A DNA stretch of 64,000 nucleotides. Origin: Cenarchaeum sp. (GTDB lineage Archaea; Thermoproteota; Nitrososphaeria; Nitrososphaerales; Nitrosopumilaceae). The notes beneath the pieces are model-generated. The model made no database searches and was not told the DNA's origin. It was given only the letters and a program-made list of their open reading frames with translations. The stretch is taken from positions 2,016,001-2,080,000 of the forward strand of contig CBDESU010000001.1 of NCBI GenBank assembly GCA_965242695.1. The letters are read 5' to 3'. Below are positions 58,545 to 64,000 of the stretch, in pieces (the first letter of the stretch is position 1; each line of letters begins with the position of its first letter). Both the position numbers and the translations under genes were made by a program.

Positions 58545-59258
58545 ATGCGGCTCCTGTTCGTAGACGACTCTGGAAACCCAAGGGGCAAGCGTGCAGTAGG
58601 AGACATCGGGCTGTACATACTGGCTGGCCTGGCCGTCGATGACAGGGACCTGCCGTCCGTCGTCAAGGCGGCAAGCGATGCAAAGGCGGCGATGTGTGCG
58701 CGGATGGGCCTTGAGGAATTGGAGGTACATACGTACGACATATGGAACAACAAGGGACAGTTTGGTAGCAAGGAAAACATGCTCAGCATGCAGCAAAAGC
58801 AGGAGATGGTCTCGAGTATGGTCGACGTCGTTGTCAGATCCCGGCTGGATATCATCCCGGTGGTCATCGACAGGATGTGGTACGAACGGAAAAGGGCAGG
58901 GCGCATGCCATTAATCATCGGATGGTCTTCCATGTTTAGGCGTTTTGAATGTATCCTGGACCGTCCAGGGAGAGAATATGGCCTGATTTTAGCCGATGCG
59001 GGACGTCCTAGCGACGAAAGGATGGCGCGGTCGATCGTCGAAAAAATGGCGCGGGCAAGGTTGGAGCAGGCGCCCAACTGCGCAGGTGTCCTAGACGGGG
59101 TGATCTACAGGGACTCGCGCCTTGACATAATGATACAGTTGGCCGACATAGTTGCATATATCCTGCACAGGTACTACAGAAAAGACACGCGCTTTCAGGG
59201 CTGGTTCGAGGCCATCAGGTCAAAGTTCGACATGGATCCGGCCAAGATGTCATTCTAG
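58545..59258 (+). CDS. DUF3800 domain protein
   Basis: LLFVDDSG, ELEVH, DSRLDIMIQLADIVAY. Confidence 0.87.
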   Translation: MRLLFVDDSGNPRGKRAVGDIGLYILAGLAVDDRDLPSVVKAASDAKAAMCARMGLEELEVHTYDIWNNKGQFGSKENMLSMQQKQEMVSSMVDVVVRSRLDIIPVVIDRMWYERKRAGRMPLIIGWSSMFRRFECILDRPGREYGLILADAGRPSDERMARSIVEKMARARLEQAPNCAGVLDGVIYRDSRLDIMIQLADIVAYILHRYYRKDTRFQGWFEAIRSKFDMDPAKMSF

Positions 59259-60072
59259 AAGTCGGGGGACGGGTGCGCGAGTGCGCAAAGCCGCCCCCCT
59301 ACAGACTACCCGGTCGTAGCCCGTGGCCGGGCAAGCGGCAGGGGGCCTAATAAACCCTGCCATTCCAGGCATTCCGCGTGCGGGCGCAGTCCGATCGCGC
59401 CATAGGGAGCGGATCGCGCGGGCGGGCGGCGCCCCGGCCATGAATGGAACATGGAGGCCACATGCAGGGTACGACGGCGACGACGGGACGCTGCAGTTAG
59501 CGCCAAAGCGGTCAGTAATAGTGGAGACGTGGGTCGGTGAGACCGCATCGATGCCGTCAGGGTAGTGTTTGACAGAGTCGCGGGGTTATTACTAGTCTAA
59601 AGGTCGGGGGACGGGTGCACCTAGGGCGCAAAGCCGCCCCCCTATAGGCTACCCAAACGTAGCCTGTAGCAGGGCAAGCGGAAGGGGGCCTAATAAACCC
59701 TGCCATTCTGGGCGTTCCGCCTGCGGCCCCGGCCAACCGCGCCACAGGGCACAGATCGCGCGGGCGGGCGGCGCTTCGGACCACGGACAGGCAGATCGAC
59801 AACATGCAGGGACCGGCAGGGACGACGACGGGATGCGGCCTCCCGCTGCCAAGGCTGCCAGCGCAGTGGGAGTCACTGGGCGGCGCGGCCGCATCGAGGC
59901 CGTCAAGGCGGCGTTCGACACGAAGCCGCCCGATTGCTCGTTAGAAGTCGGGGGACGGGTACGCCTAGGGCGCAAAGCCGCCCCCCTACAAGCTACCCAA
60001 ACGTAGCCCGTGGCCGGGCAGGCGGCAGGGGGCCTGTTAAACCCTGCCATTCCGGGCGTTCCGCCTGTGGGC
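59205..60072 (+). repeat. Three diverged ~343-bp units, each with a structured ~120-nt core (candidate ncRNA array)
   Basis: GTCGGGGGACGGGT cores at 59261, 59603, 59947; shared GCGCAAAGCCGCCCCC, CTACCC..CGTAGCC and GGGGGCCT..TAAACCCTGCCATT. Confidence 0.85.
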
Positions 60073-60142
60073 GCCCGCGTCGCACCGCCGGGGCCGCCGC
60101 GCCCGCGCTAGACTTAATTACGCTCGGCCGGCCGCCGCGCCC

Positions 60143-61069
60143 GTGCTCACCATAGTGGGGTCAGGCAAGGTCGGCGGCGATGCGGCCCTGTTCTCGGCCC
60201 TGCGCGGCGCCGACGACAAGATACTGCTCCTCGACATAGTCGAGGGCCTCCCGCAGGGCGAGGCCATGGACATCAGCCACGCCCTGTCCGAGCAGGGCAT
60301 CGACGTAGAGGTGTCCGGCTCGAACGACTACTCGGACATGCGCGGGTCGGACGTCGTCGTCGTCGTGGCCGGCTCGGGGCGCAAGCCGGGCATGACCAGG
60401 ATGGACCTGCTAAAGATCAACTCTGGAATAGTCGGGGACGTTGCCGGAAAGGTCAGGCAGCACGCCCCCGACTCTATCCTCGTGCCCGTGACGAACCCGC
60501 TAGACCCCATGGCGTACGTCGCGTACAGGGCCTCTGGGCTCGACCGCAAGAGGGTGCTCGGCATGGGCGGGATGCTCGACCTGTCCAGGTTCCGCCAGTT
60601 CATACACGAGGCGACGGGCCACTCGCGCGACTCGATAAGGGCCCTCGTAGTCGGCGAGCACGGCGAGAACATGCTCCCGCTGCCGAGGTTCTCGTCCGTG
60701 TCGGGGGTGCCGCTGCCCGCGCTGCTGCCGGCAGAAAGGACGGACGAGCTCGTGCGGAGCACGAGGGAGGTGGCCGCAAGGGTGATCGCCACAAAGGGGG
60801 CGACAGTCCACGCGCCGGGCAACGCCATTGCGGCCATGGTAGAGTCGATCATGCGCGACAAGAGGCAGGTCATACCCGTCTCGGCGTACCTCGACGGCGA
60901 GTACGGCCACTCGGGCGTGTGCATCGGCGTGCCGGCCGTCGTCGGCAGGGGCGGCATAGAGGAGATCATAGAGCTCGACCTCGACGAGTCCGAGAGGGCC
61001 GTGTTCGACAGGGGCGTCGAGAGCGTAAGGCAGGCCATCTCGGGCATGGAGTCCGAGGGGCAGCCGTAG
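60143..61069 (+). CDS. mdh: Malate dehydrogenase (LDH-like)
   Basis: [43 protein letters not shown]. Confidence 0.95.
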   Translation: MLTIVGSGKVGGDAALFSALRGADDKILLLDIVEGLPQGEAMDISHALSEQGIDVEVSGSNDYSDMRGSDVVVVVAGSGRKPGMTRMDLLKINSGIVGDVAGKVRQHAPDSILVPVTNPLDPMAYVAYRASGLDRKRVLGMGGMLDLSRFRQFIHEATGHSRDSIRALVVGEHGENMLPLPRFSSVSGVPLPALLPAERTDELVRSTREVAARVIATKGATVHAPGNAIAAMVESIMRDKRQVIPVSAYLDGEYGHSGVCIGVPAVVGRGGIEEIIELDLDESERAVFDRGVESVRQAISGMESEGQP

Positions 61070-61095
61070 GCGCGGGCGGCGTGCGCGCTCGGGCG

Positions 61096-62361
61096 CTACG
61101 GCAGGCCGCCGCCGTACCTTTGGGCTATCCAGTCGGCAAAGACGCCGTCCGTGATCCCGTACCGGTGGTCCGGCCGCCTTTCGACCAGATCCTTTGCGGC
61201 CAGGCGGGCGAGCGCCCGCGGAATGGACGAGACGGGAACTTGGAGATCCCTGGCCAGCAGCCCCGCCCTGTTCTTCGAGCGCGCTAGGGCTATGAGCACG
61301 TCCCGCTCCATGGGCGGGGCCATGTTGAACTGCGCCTCTAGGTCGCGCCCGATCTGGGCGAGCATGTCGGGGTACGACCCCTCTATGTCCGCGGCCGTCA
61401 CGCTAGGCTTTTCCTCCTCGATGCAGCGCATGTAGGATGCAAACGCGAGCCGCTGGACATAGTCTGGAAACCCGCCGCTCAGCTCGTAGATGCGGTCGAT
61501 TGCGCCCTGCTCCGGCTTGATCCCCACTACGGCGAATCGCCGCCTTAGGAATTTTTGAACCTCGTCCTCGCCTAGCGGCGTCACGCGCATTTCGTGAAGC
61601 TGGCGGTAAAAGGGGGCGTTCGGATTGTGCACCATGTCGCCCAGCACGGACGGGGCCGATCCCGAAAATATGTACGTCACCGACTTTTGCGCCTGTATGA
61701 TGCGGCGCATCATGCTCAGGAACGGCGCCCCCCATGCGAGGGCGTCCTGAAACTCGTCGATCATTACGACGAACAGGAGGCCTTCGCCGGCTCCGAGTGT
61801 GTCCGGGTAGGCGAGCGCATCCTCGACCAGCTCGTCTTCGTCGGCCGTCGGCTCGGAGAACTTGACGGCAAACTTCGCGTACTCGGCGACAGACACCTCG
61901 ATGCCCCCCGTCCTGTCGGCGATCCCCTCGAGGCCGTCCCCGACGGCCCGCCTCACCCTCCCGAGCAGGTCCTTCCTGCCCGTCTTGGAGGCGTATGCAT
62001 CCGAGACGGCCCTTACGTACAGGCCAGCAAACCTCCGCTTGCTCGGCATGCCGGCCGCGTTGACGATCACCGGCACCACGCCCGGCTCGGCCGCAAGCCG
62101 GCCTGCCGCGCTGAGAAGTATCGACGACTTTCCCATGCGCCTCAGGCCAAGCAGGAGCATGTGGTTGATGGCGCCGTGCTGTGCGCCGGCCACAAGGACG
62201 TCAATCCTGTCGAGTATGCCGCGGCGCCCCACAAAGTACTCTCCGCTGACGGGGACGCCAAGCGCAAACGGCGCGCGCCTCTTGACGCGGCGCCCCGACG
62301 CGGCTGGCGCGCGCCCTCGCGGCGTCCTGCCCGTTTGCTCGCCGCCGCCGCGCCCTGCCAT
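61096..62361 (-). CDS. Archaeal AAA/STAND-like ATPase with C-terminal wHTH
   Basis: FVGR, GLRRMGKSS Walker A, IDEFQ Walker B, SGGFPDYVQ. Confidence 0.88.
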   Translation of the reverse strand: MAGRGGGEQTGRTPRGRAPAASGRRVKRRAPFALGVPVSGEYFVGRRGILDRIDVLVAGAQHGAINHMLLLGLRRMGKSSILLSAAGRLAAEPGVVPVIVNAAGMPSKRRFAGLYVRAVSDAYASKTGRKDLLGRVRRAVGDGLEGIADRTGGIEVSVAEYAKFAVKFSEPTADEDELVEDALAYPDTLGAGEGLLFVVMIDEFQDALAWGAPFLSMMRRIIQAQKSVTYIFSGSAPSVLGDMVHNPNAPFYRQLHEMRVTPLGEDEVQKFLRRRFAVVGIKPEQGAIDRIYELSGGFPDYVQRLAFASYMRCIEEEKPSVTAADIEGSYPDMLAQIGRDLEAQFNMAPPMERDVLIALARSKNRAGLLARDLQVPVSSIPRALARLAAKDLVERRPDHRYGITDGVFADWIAQRYGGGLP

Positions 62362-62385
62362 GGGCGAGGGCGCTACACGGCGTCT

Positions 62386-62424
62386 TATATATGCACTTTT
62401 GCATATATATGCACTTTTGCATAT
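62386..62424. promoter_or_regulatory. Duplicated 18-bp AT-rich unit (TATATATGCACTTTTGCA) over the ATPase promoter
   Basis: Tandem copy creates the palindrome TGCATATATATGCA; about 25 nt upstream of the ATG. Confidence 0.55.
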
Positions 62425-62530
62425 ACGTACGCCTGTGTACTGCATGTCCACAACCGAGTCGCCTTGTCACAGGCCCTGACACGGGCAACATACTACGAGT
62501 GCAGAGCGGCCGCTCAATGCGCCGCAGTTG

Positions 62531-62608
62531 CACTCGGTCGGCCACCGCGCTCGTGCCCACCATAGTAGGGCCCGGCAAGGTCGGCGGCGATACGGCCAGG
62601 TTCAGCCC
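62531..62608 (+). pseudogene. Degenerate copy of the mdh upstream region and first codons
   Basis: Aligns to 60121-60198 (VPTIVGPGKVGGDTARFS versus [18 protein letters not shown]). Confidence 0.75.
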
Positions 62609-63256
62609 CGCTCGACACCAGCGGCAGAACGCGCTCCTCAAAGCGCATCTCGCATGCGAGGCTAGAGTTATCGTCTACACTCTGTCCGAGAAGAGCTTCG
62701 GTGTAGAGACATCAGGGTCGAACGGCACTCGATGATGTGAAGATCGGACATCGTTGCCGTTACCGTTACCGTTGCCGTCCCAAGGCATAAGCCCTGCATG
62801 ACTAGGATAAACATACCAAAGATTAACTCGAGGATGGTCAGTGGCGTCGTATGAAAGATCAAGTAGCACACCTCCCCCTCCCCCCGACTAGATATTCGTC
62901 CCGCAACAAATCAGGTTGACCCCCATGTGTATGTGGCGTACGGGACATCAAGATTCGGCTTTTTTGGGTTTTGGCAGTTAGTATACGATTGGACTGCACC
63001 TGCACGGGTTAATGAGGACAGGGGGATCGGCGAGCATACGGGAAGATGCGCCCGCCGCCCTGTTCTTGCCCATGTCAAGAGCGCCTCTCGCATTGTGGCT
63101 GTAGGCCAAAAAGACAAACGATTGCGTACGGATCACAAGGTGGACACAAAGGGGGCCACCACGGAGAGGAGACTATCTACGCGTCGGCCCAAGGGTACGG
63201 CCGGCCCAAGGCGGGTCGGGGTATAGACCGGCCTGCTAATACAGGGTGTGTCCCAA

Positions 63257-63817
63257 TTAGAATTGCCTAATTCCCATGTCAAGATACAGCGGTACTAACC
63301 CTCCTTCGTTATACGTCCCCGCGCCCGCGTGCCTTTCGGTCTCACGTAGGTGCCTGTCAAGGCCAGAGTTCGACTTCGACGTGAACTTGCAAAAGCCCAT
63401 TTTTTTGTAGAATCCTACCGCATCGGGATCCGAGTTGGCAAGAATTATACGACATCCCGCATCCAAGGCCATCCGGCCTGCAATTTCTATGGCATAGGAG
63501 GTCATCCGCCTTCCTATTCCCTGCCGTTCGTACCGCTCGTCAGTTGCCAAGCGTGTAATTACAAGGGCCGGCAAGTGCCCGTACGTGTCTATGCCCAAAT
63601 CCGCTTGTCGTTCTTCGACTGCATGTCCAAGCGCCAGCATCATGTACCCGACTGTCACCCCGTCGCGGATGGCCCAGTACAGCTGCCCCATCCTCTGCTG
63701 TTGATCGTACGCAGCGTTGATGTCTAGGTACTCAGCATACTCGGGCTTGCGGCACCGGAAGTCGGGTAGCACTTCCCACAGACCAGCTCTCACCATCTCA
63801 AGTCCGCTACGGATCAC
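63257..63817 (-). CDS. GNAT acetyltransferase (AtaT/TacT toxin-like)
   Basis: PALVITRLATDERYERQGIGR, GCRII, AVGFYKKMGF. Confidence 0.85.
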   Translation of the reverse strand: MIRSGLEMVRAGLWEVLPDFRCRKPEYAEYLDINAAYDQQQRMGQLYWAIRDGVTVGYMMLALGHAVEERQADLGIDTYGHLPALVITRLATDERYERQGIGRRMTSYAIEIAGRMALDAGCRIILANSDPDAVGFYKKMGFCKFTSKSNSGLDRHLRETERHAGAGTYNEGGLVPLYLDMGIRQF

Positions 63818-64000
63818 TCGGATTCACGCCCCTGGCCTTCCTCGCCTGCTCTTCCGCCGCAAACTTCTTCTCCAAGCGGCGCGCCACCTCGTCCGGGTCG
63901 AGGCGCACTATACCCTTTATTGTGCTCGTGTCGGGCAGGACTTTGATGGTCTTGGCAATCTCCTTGGCTCGCTCCACGGCCCGAACCTGCTCAGGGGTGG
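63807..64000 (-). CDS. Small protein upstream of the GNAT (putative antitoxin); start lies outside the window
   Basis: Open frame TPEQVRAVERAKEIAKTIKVL...RGVNPSDP*, overlapping the GNAT start. Confidence 0.55.
   Translation of the reverse strand, partial: TPEQVRAVERAKEIAKTIKVLPDTSTIKGIVRLDPDEVARRLEKKFAAEEQARKARGVNPSDP

Noticed and set aside
57995-59258. EVE + DUF3800 as a modification-dependent restriction module
   Set aside because: EVE has host-like composition and a separate promoter, and the other two DUF3800 genes have no EVE neighbour.
1051-60910. Many long overlapping Arg/Ala/Pro/Gly-rich ORFs in the ORF track
   Set aside because: Shadow frames of real genes in very GC-rich DNA with few stop codons; no recognisable motifs.
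62668-63250. Short ORFs and a CCGTTR hexamer repeat in lower-GC DNA
   Set aside because: No recognisable motif; probably decayed sequence.

Overview
Very GC-rich archaeal chromosome segment. Gene content (EF-1beta, Cdc48, Pth2, SecE, rpl19e/rpl32e/rpl1/P0/P1, PheS/PheT, Mdh, a CFI-box-CTERM protein, multicopper oxidase + ZIP, Vgb-like lyase) points to Nitrososphaerota, probably a Nitrosopumilaceae, Cenarchaeum-like host-associated lineage (inference). Most genes have a TATA-like box about 23-26 nt before the start codon, suggesting leaderless transcripts. Accessory DNA lies between the housekeeping genes. Best candidates for undescribed systems: (1) a cas-less CRISPR-like array (5 x ~27-bp repeats, 70-71-bp period, unique spacers) downstream of a lower-GC two-gene cassette that includes a PD-(D/E)xK-type nuclease; (2) three DUF3800-like genes, of which the two complete ones are directly followed by a structured GGGGACGG...AAGCCG element, triplicated at ~343-bp period in one case; (3) four paralogous ~210-aa genes sharing one promoter motif; (4) nested direct repeats at 14.1-14.7 kb; (5) a pheS'::egtB chimeric duplication; (6) two giant secreted proteins sharing a C-terminal module. 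Several single-base homopolymer frameshifts may be sequencing errors. No tRNA, rRNA, cas gene or transposase was recognised. All family calls are by eye; no searches were run.
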